From the NCBI GenBank assembly GCA_013265495.1, contig MU058009.1:4282739-4344738 (forward strand): a stretch of 62,000 bases of DNA. Reading direction: 5' to 3'. This DNA is from Vicugna vicugna (Eukaryota). The notes below the pieces were generated by a model. That model searched no databases and was not told the origin of the DNA. It saw only the letters and a program-made list of their open reading frames with translations. Shown here piece after piece: positions 49,920 through 62,000 of the stretch. The stretch's first letter is position 1; every line of letters starts with the position of its first letter. The position numbers and the translations under genes were made by a program.

Positions 49920-51250
49920 CCTCACTCACCCCTGTTTATAGTTTGATGGTTATCCTTCTAGACAATATTCTGTACCCTTATACATGCGTGCGTGATTATA
50001 CACAGGGCATATGTGAATGGGATTCCACTGCACTCAAAGTTCTATAGCCACATGTTTTAAGTGTAACTGCATCTCATACAATTTTTCACATGCTTCTCCA
50101 TAGATAGATGGCACTCGGCTGAGTGCTGCGTAGTCCTCAGTACAGGCAGACCTCAGAGGTGTTGCAAGTTCAGGTCCAGATCGACACAATAAAGCAGGTC
50201 TCGCGACAAAGCAGGTCACAGAGATGTTTTTGGTTCCCCAGTGCATATAAAAGCTTTGTTTATACTGGCCTGAAGTCTATTAAGTGCACAACAGTGTTAT
50301 GTATAAAAAAAACAATGCACACACCTTAACTAAAAATATTGCTAAAACGGGAACCATCATCTGAGCCTTCAACAAGTCACAGTAAAGCATCGAAGATCAC
50401 TGGTCGCCAAAACAAATATAATAATAATAATAGGAAAGTTTGCAATATGGTGACATAACGTGACACAGAGACACAAAATGAGCAAATGCTGTTGGAAAAA
50501 TGGTGCCAGGAGACCTGCTGGATGCAGGCTGGCCACAAACCTTCACTCTGTGAGAAGCCCGGTACCTGTGGAACACAGTAACAGGAGACACGCCTGCCTG
50601 ACCACGGTGTCATTTATTAAGCTTTTGGAGACACGTTATTTCTAGTCCTTCTCTGAACAGCCTCGGACATACAGACATTTATACACATATATGAACATTT
50701 CCGTAGGCTGGGTTCCTACAATGGGATTGCTTGGTCATGGGACAGGTTTATTTAAAAACGCTGTATCGCCAGCCGTACTGCCCTCCAGAAGGGCTGCGTC
50801 GGTCAGCAGTCTCACCGCACGCGGGGGTGCCCGTTCCCCCAGCCCTGGGCGCGGACGGACCCTCTCGGTGGTTCCTGCGCTGCCGAGGTGACAGGCAGGA
50901 AGCAGCGCCTGCCTCTGGCTCGCATGTCCCTGTTACTAGCGGAGGCACAGCCCGTTTATTTCCACATTTCCCGTGTTGGTTGGCTGTGTGTTTTTCTTCG
51001 GTGAATTGCTTGTCCCGGTTCTTCATCCGTTTTTCCATCGCGTTGTTTATCATTTTTAAAATGGATTTGTGGAAGCGCTGAATATATTACAGAGGTTAAC
51101 CCTTTGTCATAAATGTTGCGTAGACCCCTCCCTGTCTGTCTCTTGTCTTTTTTCGTTATTTGATGGTGTCATTTGTCCTTCAACGGTTTCAGATCTGCAC
51201 GGAGTAAAATCTGTCAGTCCTTCCTTGAGGCTCCGTCACCGTGTGCCATG
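49920..51250 (-). mobile_element. Old L1 (L1M-type) fragment interrupted by Tigger1a
   Basis: atttccgtaggctgggttcctacaatgggattgcttggtcatggg...ttttcttcggtgaattgcttgtcccggttcttcatccgtttttccatcg. Confidence 0.6.
50143..50596 (-). mobile_element. Internally deleted Tigger1 (Tigger1a_Art-like) DNA transposon
   Basis: ta|caggcagacctcagagg terminus; ttttggttccccagtgcatataaaagc; acgtgacacagagacacaaaatgagcaaatgctgttggaaaaatggtgcc; same structure as 26103-26605. Confidence 0.88.
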
Positions 51251-52559
51251 CTTTACGTGGCTCTCACGCACGTCCTGTGCTGCGTATTTGCGTACGGCAT
51301 CCTAAACCCCTTGAAAGGTAAAGGCAGGACCTAAAGAAATGAACGACTTAAAAGAAGAAGAGCCCCTCGCAGGCACGCGGACGGCAGCCCCGCCTTGCAC
51401 TTGCGCGGCACTTCCACCTCCCAAGTGCTGGGGCTTCGTGGGCTCAGTGCTCAGGTCACAGTGCGTCCGACACACGGCCCGGCCAAGGGCCCCTCCAGCA
51501 GCGCTCGCTGAGCTTGCCCCCGCTCCTTCTGCCGTCGCCCCGGAAGGACGTGTGAGCCCCTGTCGGTGTGTCGCTTGGGACCGCCGCCTCGGCTCGCAGC
51601 CCTAGATTGCCGCCAGGACCCCTGGTAGGTCACCAGGAAGGAGCTGCAGGTGTGGGGGACGGAGCCCCCCGAGAGGAATGTCAGGGAGCGGTCGGGGCCC
51701 CTTCCCGGCGTGACTTCCCTGGCGTTTACAATTCCCCGCTGCTTCACCCCTGAGGCGGCAGGCGGTGTACAAATGCTGCTCCGCGCGGGCAGCTAGGAAG
51801 CAGGGAAGGGGAGAGACTGCCCATCCGCACTTCAGTCCGAGCAGCCCTGCGCCCCCTGCTTCCACACTGGCGGTCCGAATACAGCCTTAAAATGTTAAAG
51901 TGAGGCCCGGAGGATGTGGGGAGGTGAGCCCGGGCATCGGAGCCCGGAGGAGAGGTCAGCGCACCGGCCCCAGCGCGGGCCGGCTGCGCAGACGCGCTCG
52001 TGGTTCTAAGCCCCTCCTCTCGCTGGCCTTTTCAGGGCTGCGGCACTAGAGTCTACTCCTGGCTCCTAGGATCGTTCTGAGAATGAAATAAAATTGCACG
52101 TCCGAGGCATCTGAAGCGTGCTTACCTCTCAAGAAAAGCCAGCAATTTAAATAAAAAAGTTACAATGTCCGTTGCTGTTGAAAGGGGGTGACCTTTGTAG
52201 GCGAAGCTGGGTTTGACTCCGGGCTCCGCGGTTTCCTGGCTCTGGGATCTGGGGTGGATTGCCCAACTTCTCTGACGGGCCCACGTCCCTTCCTGACCGT
52301 CCCCTGGTTCTGCTCCGGAAACCACTCAAACTGTTGCCTCCTGAACCCTGGCGGCAGCGCGGTTGTGCCAGTTACCAGTTAGCATTCTTTGCTGGCACTG
52401 GTTCTGAGTAATGTAAGCTAAAGAGGAGGTGGCGTCAAGACCTGGGGGTCCACAGAATTCATAGAAAGCTTGGCAAGAAGGAGGAAATAGGGCAGCTGAG
52501 GGGGAGAGAAAGAGTGAAGCACGTGAATAAAAATCGTGATGGCCGGACTCGGGTCTCCC

Positions 52560-52770
52560 TGTGTAACCAGCACGAAGCACTTTACATATAGAATTCAGTT
52601 TGAAGAACAACCAGAATCAGGTACCTTTTATTATTGCCCCCATTTTACAGATGAGGAAACTGAGGCAGGGGTTAAGCCAAATGCACACACCCAGCCTGTG
52701 GCAGAGCTGGGACTCCCGTCAGGGCGGGCGCTCCAGGTGCAGCCCCCTCACCGCCTGAAACACTGTTAGG
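52560..52770 (-). mobile_element. MIR SINE
   Basis: ttattattgccccattttacagatgaggaaactgaggcagggg...gtggcagagctgggactc. Confidence 0.8.
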
Positions 52771-53694
52771 GTCTCCACCCGCCCTGACTAGGGTTCCTGG
52801 AGAATGGAACCTTACACCAGAGTTGTAGCCGCCAAGTCCTTGTGCAGGCTGCACCCCGGGAAAGGAAGGGTGAGGATGAACGAGACAGAGGGACGGGAGG
52901 CGAAGGCAGGGGAATGCCTGGCCAGAGCTGGTTGCAGCTCCCCGACCTGCTGACCTGCTGACGTGCTCTCGGGGACCAGGCAGCAGAACCCTGTGAAACC
53001 CCTGCACCAGGCCGATGCCTTGCCAGCGGCTCCTGCACGTCTCCCGTCTGGCGGGTTGAAGCCCGCCTCCCGGTGGCAAGCCCTCCATCCCAGCTGGGTC
53101 CCCAGGCTCCTGGAAGCCAGAGGCCGTCCAGGCCCTGTTGTCCCTCTTGCTGTTCATGCAGTGCGTGGGCTCCCGTGGCCACTGCGGCCCCCTCATCCCA
53201 ACCACAGACCGTGTGGGTCCAGGCTGAGGCCACTGCAGCACGAAGCGCAGCGAGCAGCCGGGGCAACCTGGGGTGAGGTCACAGGGGGGTCCCGTTCTCC
53301 GTCTAAATACTGCTCCACGTGGACGTCACACTATCAGGGCCCAGCGGAAGCCACACGCAATGGGGAACGAGGCCTTTAACCCGCTCCTCCGAGCCAGTGA
53401 CGACAGAGAAGCCCAGGCCGCACAGGAGGGTGTGATCGGAAGGCGATTGTGGCTCCTCAGACCTGACAGGAGGGAGAGCCAGGTGCCCGAGCCCTCCTGA
53501 GCGGAGACCCCGCATTTCTGCCCGTGGTCGGTACCGCGGAGCGAGGGGCTCGTGGCGGCAGGGGTTGGGGGGGGAGCCGCAGGGAGGAAAGCAGGGGGCG
53601 CGGCGGGCTTGCGGCCGCCTGCTTGGGGTAAGCGGTGGCTGAAGGACCATCCGAACCAGAGGAGTCCATTCATAGATTCCGGGGGTTGGGGGCT

Positions 53695-54040
53695 TTATTT
53701 TTCTGTTTTGTTTTTGTTCTTTTATTGACGTACAGTTGGCTTACAGTGCCGTGCTGGTTTCTGGTGCACAGCACAGGGACCCAGTCGCACACATACACGT
53801 GCCTTCTCAGACCCTGTCCATTACGGGCTGTCTCCAAGCTCTGACCGGGCCCTGTGCTGAGCAGTAGGACCTTGTTTCCCTGTTCTGTGTATAGTCATGT
53901 GCGTCTGCAAGCCCCAGACTCTGGTTTCTCTCTCTACCCCCACCTTTCCCCACAGGCAACCATAAGTCTGTTCTCTATGTCAGTGAGTCTGTCTCTGTTT
54001 TGTAAATAAGTTCATCTGTGTCACTTTTGTAGATGCCATT
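53695..54040 (-). mobile_element. L1 3' end, strongly GC-shifted
   Basis: tttattgacgtacagttggcttacagtgccgtgctggtttctggtgcacagca...caaccataagtctgttctctatgtcagtgagtctgtctctgttttgtaaataagttcatc. Confidence 0.85.
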
Positions 54041-56141
54041 CATTGACTTGGGCTGCAGATGTCTCACTGGGAATCAAAAGGTCTCTTTGGAGAGCGCGCC
54101 CGGCAGGAGGCGTCAGAGCTCTCCAGGGGAGGCTGGCGCGCCTCCCTGTGACGGAAACGCCGGCGCTGGTGTTCAGGTACCTCGGGGCAGAGATGGGGGC
54201 TCTCGCCACCTGCCGCCCTTCCCACGTGCTAGCACCTTGTGTGGAGGACAAGCTGTGTCCGATACGTGCAGAGTGGATTTCCTTCCCCTGGACTGTCGGG
54301 ATCAAAGCGATCCTCCCCGAGGAAGCTTGTTTAGTCTCATCACAAAGATCCAGTAGACGGAAGGCTAGATGCACATTCTGGGAGCACAAAATCAATTAAT
54401 TTGAAAAACGCAGTGCGATCTATTATAGCCGGTTGCTTGGACACTGCTGCTGAAATAGAAGAGCACTGGGAGCACTGGGAGCCGTGCTGTGATTTAGACA
54501 CAGGCATCTCTCGCCCTGTGGTTGCGCCCTCTCCTTAAATCTCCTGGAATTTACATAATCTCTCTCACTCACACTCTCCTTACTCATACATCCCAGCCCT
54601 CATTTTAGGCATTTTCTTGAAACCAGCTTTCATCCAAACTTTGCCCAGATGCCAATTTTTTTTCTTTACTCAAAACTCAGGGGAAATCACACCTTGTCTA
54701 CGAAGCTTCCCACACGGAGTCTGAGCGGGTGTTTTCGTTAACATTCAGGAAAGAAACCGACATGCAGGGAAGATTGTCAAACACATCACCAGGAACACTC
54801 TGTGTCCCTCTTGTCATGAGTGGGCACACGGCTCTTAAAAGGCAGAGGCTGGATCTGAGAGTCTCAGCACAAGAGCTCACACCTACTCTGCTTGCAAACC
54901 ATGAACTTCATAAACATGTACTGAGCACTGTCACTGTGCAGAGTTCTGTCCCAGTGTGAGTCGGAGGCAGATGAACAGAACAGACCTCAGCTGACGACTG
55001 CGTGGGAGTCGGAGCTCGTTCCGCAAGGTGTGTCTCAGACGGGAAACTTCTGGAACCCGCTGTCTCTCTTAGTGATCACAAGTCTGAACTAGGTCTGTGT
55101 GACTGGAGAGGAAAGGAGCGCGTGCGTCGGGAGCCCATGTGCCAGGGACTGCGCGAGCTACGTGCACGTTGTTGTCACATTTTAACCCGCACCAAAAGCA
55201 TGCAAAGCTGATTTTGTCCTCCTTTTCCACGGGAGGATCTCAGACCCCATGAGTAGTTCAGTAGAAGCGTGGCAGCTCGCCTATCACAATCAGACCCTCC
55301 TGCCTCGTGCTTTCCTGTCGTTTCAGAAGATCGGCAGAGGATCGTGCTGGGTTTGGTGACGGAAAAGGCTGCCGTGAATTTAGGCTTGGCCGATGGTTGT
55401 GATCCATGGTTCCGGTGTGCACGGTTGGGATGGGGAGATGAATTTAGGATAAACGTGTGCCACTTCTAAAGGAGGTCTGGGCTCATGCTAGTTCAAAAAA
55501 AAAAAAAAGGTCCAGTCTGCCGAGAGGACAGTAATGTTGATAGTGACATCCTGGGCAGAAAGGAAATAGTGGTGAATCCGGGCCAGGGTCTGATGATGGA
55601 CAGAGAAAGCTGGCTGTCTCCCCGAATGACCTGAAGGGATTGTCCAGATGTGGTCACTCAGGGTGGCTTCGCCTCAGACATGATCGAAGGGTCACCTGAT
55701 CTCCGTTCCTCCTAATGCCTTTATCCCCTGGATTCCAGAGCAAGAGCAGCGTGAAGGAGAGGGGAAAACAGAACTGAATCTGAAGGCAGACTCCATGTGT
55801 CCAGTTTAATTAGCGTAAGAGTGGCTGCCGCGGGAGGCAGAGGGAGAGAACTCGGGAGGAAGGACGGGATGCTGCTCTGAAGCAGAGATGCTGAGGTCAC
55901 ACGATAGACAAGAAGTAAAACGAGGGAACACTGCTAACTGCTCCGTGTGCACGAGAATTTTCCTTCCATGTAGACTTGGAGTAAACAAGAGAGAAGGCAA
56001 CGCTAGTGATTTTTTTTTTTAAATTAGTGACCAAAGGCTATTAAATCTCCCCTTTGTGTTCCAGTGGAAACAGAATAGGACCAGCTCTGGCGGCAGGCTG
56101 GCTGCTTCCCTGGAGAGGGCACCTCGGCACCAGCTATTCCT

Positions 56142-56867
56142 CTGCAAACCTGCAAATATTTCAGCAGAGTGTGGCACTTTCCCGTGTCGATGCGTGTTAA
56201 TAAAATACTTAGCAGTAACAGTCCCATCTCGCACGACAGATGGTTACCTAGGTCTTACATAGTTCAGTCTGCGCAACGTCCCATAGAGCAGGTACTTTAC
56301 AGCCCGGATTTGCGCCCCAAGCCGCGCAGCTCATAAACGGCACAGCCAGGGTCGAATCACGATTCCAGGCTTTCAGCTCAGCGTCCTGTGCGTCACGCGA
56401 TGCTGCGCCGAGACGGCCAGGGTATGGCTGCTGGGCGAGGAAGGCGGGAAGGCAGCTGTGCGATCCGGGCGTCCTGGCAAGCCAGCAGCTTACAAATGCC
56501 CCTAGCTGCAAACCGGCAAATATTTCAGCAGAGTGTGGCACTTTCCCGTGTCGATGTGTGTTAATAAAATACTTAGCAGTAACAGTCCCATCTCGCACGG
56601 CAGATGGTTACCTAGGTCTTACATAGTTCAGTCTGCGCAACGTCCCATAGAGCAGGTATTTTACAGCCCGGATTTGCGCCCCAAGCCGCGCAGCTCATAA
56701 ACGGCACAGCCAGGGTCGAATCACGATTCCAGGCTTTCAGCTCAGCGTCCTGCGCGTCACGCGATGCTGCGCCGAGACGGCCAGGGTACAGCTGCTGGGC
56801 GAGGAAGGCGGAAAGGCAGCCGTGCGATCCGGGCGTCCTGGCAAGCCAGCAGCTTACAAATGCCCCT
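56142..56867 (+). repeat. Tandem duplication: two 362-bp units (56142-56503, 56506-56867), period 364, about 97.5% identical
   Basis: Direct comparison gives 9 substitutions and no indels; 2-nt junction 'ag'. Confidence 0.97.
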
Positions 56868-56949
56868 GAAACCCCGTCGCTCAGGGGCAGACCCTGCAGA
56901 CACATCTGAGAGGTGTGTGCTTTGCTTGTCAAGGGATGTGTTTCTGTTC

Positions 56950-59900
56950 CTTTTGTTTTTTGAAACCCGCTTTACTGGGCTATCATTGCATACAATGGAA
57001 GTCAGACACTTCAGGGTTGATGGCTTTGGACAAATTGTATGCAGTTGTTCAACCACCACCTTCATCAAGATATAAAGCCTTCGCGGTGACTCAGAAGGCC
57101 CTTCGTGCCCCCGGGCCGTCGCTCCTCCCTCCCCAGCACCCGCCCCAGGCAGCTGCTGGAGGGCCTTCCGTCACTGCAGATGGAAGGTCGTATGCATGGA
57201 GTCACACCTCACGCACTCTTCTTCTCGAGGCCTCCTCCGCTGAGCGTCACGTCTGGGGAATGCGTCCGTGTTCGTGCATGCAGTCGTCCATGTGGAAGGG
57301 CGTGGGGAGAGTTTCTGTCCCCGGCTCTTAGACATAGAACTCTTAGGAGTGTGTGTAGGGGACTGCACCCGGTAAACCTCCTGGGCACAGGAAGTGTGTT
57401 CCAAGATAGACAACACGCCAGTCCATGAAGGAAGCCTCCGTCCATTTAAAATAATTGAAATCATACAAAATGTGCTCTAAGCAAAATGCGTTGAAATCAG
57501 AATCAATCACAGAAAGAAATTTGGGGAGTTCACACACGGTAACGTCAAACTGCTCACTCCTAAATGACCAATGGGTCAAAAGGAAACTAAAGTATATACC
57601 AGGAATTGGAACGGCAGTGACACATGTGTTAAGCTTACATCAAATTTTACCAGAAATATCAAGACAGTTTTCAAAGTTGTTGGGCCAGTTTACCACCCAA
57701 ACTGCATGAGCCTTCCGTTTGATCCACACCCTAGCCGTTTGGAAGTGTGCCCTCATTTTGGTGCTACAATTTATTAGCTGATTGATTTCAATGTAATATA
57801 AGAACATTAAAACATCATAGATTAAAATAAATAAATGCAGTATTCAGCATTGTTGAGATATACCTAACATAGTTTACAACTCACGCATTTAGACGGGTAC
57901 AAATGAAGGATGTTCCTAAATTGTGTTCCTGTTGTGGCGTTTATCAGCACTACATTCCTTTTTGGGATCGAATAGCCTCCTGTGACATGGATATTCACAG
58001 ATACACCACATTTTGTTAATCCACTCACCAGTTCATGAGCACGTGGGTTGCTCCCATTTTTAGGCTGTTACAAACAGTACTGCTGTGGCCATTTGTGTGC
58101 AAGTCTTCGTGGGCAGCCATTCATTTCTCTTGGGTGTTTACCTAGGAGTGGCATTTCTGGGTCACGTGGCAGCCCCGTTTCACTTTCTGAGACACTACGA
58201 GACTGTTTCCCAAAGTCGCTGCTCTGTTTTACATTCTTACCCGGTGCACGAAGGCTCTGATTGTTTGCTGTCCACACCAGCACTGCTTCTCATGCACCTC
58301 TGACTGCGGCAGTCCTGGTGGACGTGAGGTTCTGTGTCGTCGTGATCTGCACGTGTCTCATGCTAGCCATGCGACTCTCTTTCGATGTGCTCCTGTTGGC
58401 CATTTGTGTATCCACTGTGGAGAAATCTGTCTGCTTAGAATCTTCGTGCCTTTTTAATTGGGTTGTATTTTTTCAGTGAGTCAGAAGATAAGAGTCTTTT
58501 TAAAAAATATTTTCTATATATTAGTACTTCATCCAATTTATGATTTGCATATATTTTCTCCCACTCTGTGGGTTCTCTTTTCACTTTCCTGTTGCTGTTC
58601 TTTGATATCAATTCTTTAAAGTTTTAAGTCTGTTTGGTGTCCAATTTGTATATCCTTTGTCCTTTTATTATTTGTGCTTTTGGTGTCATTTCTAAGAAAC
58701 CCTTGCCTAATCCAGGATCAGCAAAATTTACTCCTGTGTTTTCTTCTAAGGGTTTCAGTTTTTACATTATTCAATTTGAGTTACTTTTTGTATATAGTCT
58801 ATGGCGGGGTCCAACTTCATCCTTTTTCATATGGATATCCAGTCTTCCCTGCACCATTTGTTGGAACAAAAAAACTGTCTATTATATTTTGGCCAGCTAG
58901 ATTGTTTGGACACTCTTGTCAAAAATAAATTTACCATAAATGTGGGAATTTGCTTCTAGACTCTCAATTTCATTCCGTTGTTCTATGTATCTAACCTTAC
59001 CTCAATACCACCCTGTCTTGATTTGCTGTGAGTTTATAGTAAGTTTTGAAATCTGGAAATATGAGTCCACCAACTTTGCTCTCCTTTTTTCAAGATGGTT
59101 TTGGCCAATCTAAGGCCCCTGAATTACGATATGAAATTTATTATCAGCTTGTCAATTTCAGCAGCAAAATCAATTTGGATTTTGACAGCAGTTACACTGA
59201 ATCTGAAGGTTGGTTTGGGGAATATTGCCACCTGAACAACATTAAGACTTAACACTCACAAACACAGGAAGACTTCCCAAGGATCTTGGATAAATTTGAA
59301 CAATGTTTTCTAGTCTTCAGAGGAGGATTTTGCACTGTTGCTAAGCACTTTTTTTCTTTTTGATGCTATTATGAATGGAATTTCTTGTAACTGCATTCTC
59401 ACATTGATCACTGAACTTGTATAGAAATTAAGTTATTTATCATATGTCAATCTTGTGGCCTCAATATTGCTGAGCTCATTTATCAGCTGCAGTAGCGCTG
59501 AATGGACTCCTCAGCCTTTTATGCACATTAGACCATGCCGTCTGTAAACAGGGAGGGTCTTACATCTTCCTCCCCAGTTCAGTGCCTTTTATTTGTTTTC
59601 TTGACCAATAGCTTTGGCCAGAACCTACCGCACAAGGTTAAATAGAACTGGTTGACAGTAGACATTCCTCTCTTTCCCCTGACCTTGGGTGGGGGTTGTG
59701 AGGGGACACTCAAGTCTTTCACTGTTAAATCTGATTGTTCGCTATGGGCATTTTGTAGAACCACATTGTCAGGTTGAGGAAGGGCTTTTATTTTATTTTA
59801 TTTTGTTTCTATTTCTGCTTTGTTGAGTGTTTTTGTCAGAAAGGCACATTGAATTGTCTCAAACAATACTTTTGATCTATTGAGATCATCCTGTGGTTTG

Positions 59901-61910
59901 TACCTTTTCTTCTGTTAAAGTAGTGTATTACTTTAATTGAACCGACCTTGCATTCCTGGCATAAATCCCATTTGGTCATAGTGTGTCATAGTTTTTGCAT
60001 ATTCCTGGGTTCTGTTGGCTAGTACTTTTGCTGAGGATTTCCACATCTGTATTCATGAGAGGTACTAGGCTATGACTTTTCTTTTATTGTGAAACCTTTG
60101 TCTGGTTTTGGAATCAGGATGATGCTGGCCCCATGTGATAAGCCAGGAAATAGTCTCCTTTTTGTTTTTTCTTTTTGGAGAATTTGTGAGGAATTTGTAT
60201 TAGTTCTTCTTTAAATGAGAGAATTCACAGTGATGTCGTACGGGCCTGAGCTTTCTTTGTGAATAAATTTTAGTTACTAATTTAATTACTTTATTTGCTC
60301 TAAGTCTATTCAGAATTTTTAATTCCCCATGGGTCAGCTTCAGTAGTTGGTATCTTTCTACAAATGTGCCCACTTCACCTACATTATCTAGTTTATGGGC
60401 ATATAATGATTTATACTGTTTCTTGTAATGTTGGCATGGTATCTCCTCTTTCTTTCCTGATTTTAACAATTTGAGTCCTTTTGCCTTACTGTCTTAGTCC
60501 CTCGTCTAAGGCTTGTCAAGGAGCCAGCTCTGGTTTTGTTGATTTTCTCTGTTGCTTTCAAGTCTCCATGTCGTTAGCTTGTCCTGCTTCTTCGCTGTCT
60601 TCTTCCTTGTGCTTGTTTGGGCTTAGTTGGCCCTTCTTTCTCCAGAGTCTTAAGGCGGAAGTTTAGGTTGCGGATTCGAGCTCTGTCCTTTTTGCTTGAA
60701 ACAGACATTTATGACTTTGCTGTCTAAACACTGCTTTCGCTGCATCCTGTAAGGTCTGATATATTGTGTCTTCATTTTAATTTGCCTCAAAATATTTTCT
60801 AATTTCTCTTTGACCCATTGGTTATTTAGGAGTGAGCTGTTTGATGTTTCCATGTGTATAGATTTCCCAAGTTTCTTTCTCTTATTGATTTATGATTTCA
60901 GTCCATTGTGGTCAGACAACATACTTTGTATGCTTTCTGCCATTTTAAATTTATTGAGGCTTGCTTTATGGATTAGCATGTGGTCTGTCTTGGAAAACAT
61001 TTCATGTGCCAAGGATGTTTATTGACTGGAGTGTTCTATGCCAGTCTTTTAAAACCTGTGTTCCAGTCTAGTGAGTCTTGTTATTTCATTGTGGCTTTAA
61101 TTTATGTTTTTCTGCTGAATAATGATGTTGAATATATTTTCATGTGTTTGTGGGCCATTTGTGTATCCTCTTTTATGAAATATCTTTCCAAGTTTTTGAC
61201 ATTTTTAAATAAAATGGATGTGCTATTATTAAGTTATAAGAATGTTATAAATTTGGGATATAGTTTCTTTGCTGTATATATATATTGCAAAGATTTTTTC
61301 CCATTCTTTAGCTTACCTTTTCATTTTCTTAAGATGTCTTTTGAAGAGCTAAAGGTTTTGATGTCACTGAAATCATTAACTTTTTCTAACACAGCTAGCT
61401 TTTTCATATATATATATAAAACTTTTGTGACCGGTCTAGGATCTTTGTCCTACCTCAAGGTCATGAAAATATCTTTCTATGCTTTCTTCAAGACGTTTTA
61501 TAATTTCACTGTCTATGTTTTGATGTCTGTCCAGTTAATATTATATATGAGGTCATGGAAGGATTGAGATTATTTTGTATTTTTCTGATTTGGATATCTA
61601 GCTTTCCAGAATATTTGTTAAAGAGAAAATCCTTTCATCCCCTGAATTGCTTTGGTGACTTTTCCCAGAGCCACTTGGCCTTGCACGTGTGGGTGTTTGT
61701 GGACTGACTTCTCATCCATCAGTCTGTCTGTCTAACCTTATGCTTGTACCGCAGGGTCTTGATTATTGTAACTTTATAGTAAGTCTCAACTGGGATAATA
61801 TAAACCCTCCAGTCATATCATTTTTTTATATTCTTGGCTATTCTTTTTCCTGTACGTTGCTTTTTCATGTATATTTTAGCGTAAGTTTTTCAATGTCTTA
61901 AAGAAAGACT
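56950..61910 (-). mobile_element. Cluster of old L1 fragments, mostly antisense (main copy ~57850-61020, another ~61030-61910), with one plus-strand endonuclease-region fragment at ~57320-57590
   Basis: Minus-strand ORF remnants YKSLYAHKLDNVGEVGTFVERYQLLKLT and LLNNQWVKEKLENIL resemble L1 ORF2; AT-rich L1-antisense composition. Confidence 0.85.
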
Positions 61911-62000
61911 GGTTTTTATTTATTTTTTCTATCAGTAGGTATTTGTTCTGAAACAGTCAATACAGCGGACCCAAGGCTGCCATCTTTAAAGAGTGTGGCC

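Larger units (their letters stand above)
4490..62000 (+). other. NTM: Long NTM intron, continuing past the window end
   Basis: GT donor at 4490. The expected next exon ([26 protein letters not shown]...) was not seen in the ORF track or by eye. IgLON genes are known for very large introns. Confidence 0.8.

Noticed and set aside
1..62000. CRISPR arrays, operons, prophage or defence systems
   Set aside because: The sequence is mammalian intronic DNA, with no regularly spaced repeat-spacer arrays or dense gene-length ORFs.

Overview
Mammalian genomic DNA, not microbial. Most of the short ORFs in the track are chance ORFs in GC-rich sequence. The only protein-coding sequence I can support is one 126-bp internal exon (4364-4489, +) of neurotrimin (NTM, IgLON family), encoding the first half of the second Ig domain. 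The rest appears to be intron; no next NTM exon was found. Two internally deleted Tigger1 copies and the young L1 3' ends suggest a cetartiodactyl, probably a camelid (inference from recalled repeat consensus sequences). The introns hold MIR, L2, MER5/MER58, Tigger1a and L1 fossils, a U6 retrocopy, a (CCAY)n microsatellite and a 43-N gap. I found no convincing new gene system. The most interesting signals concern genome mechanics: (1) a ~430-bp segment copied 9.4 kb upstream into a MER5A, with a 197-bp perfectly homogenised core; (2) strong AT->GC substitution bias in the U6 retrocopy, echoed in the NTM exon; (3) a candidate ancient hAT transposon with a readable dimerisation-domain remnant; (4) a CpG-dense 364-bp tandem duplication; (5) twin-primed L1 insertions. 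Repeat names and boundaries are by-eye calls and approximate.
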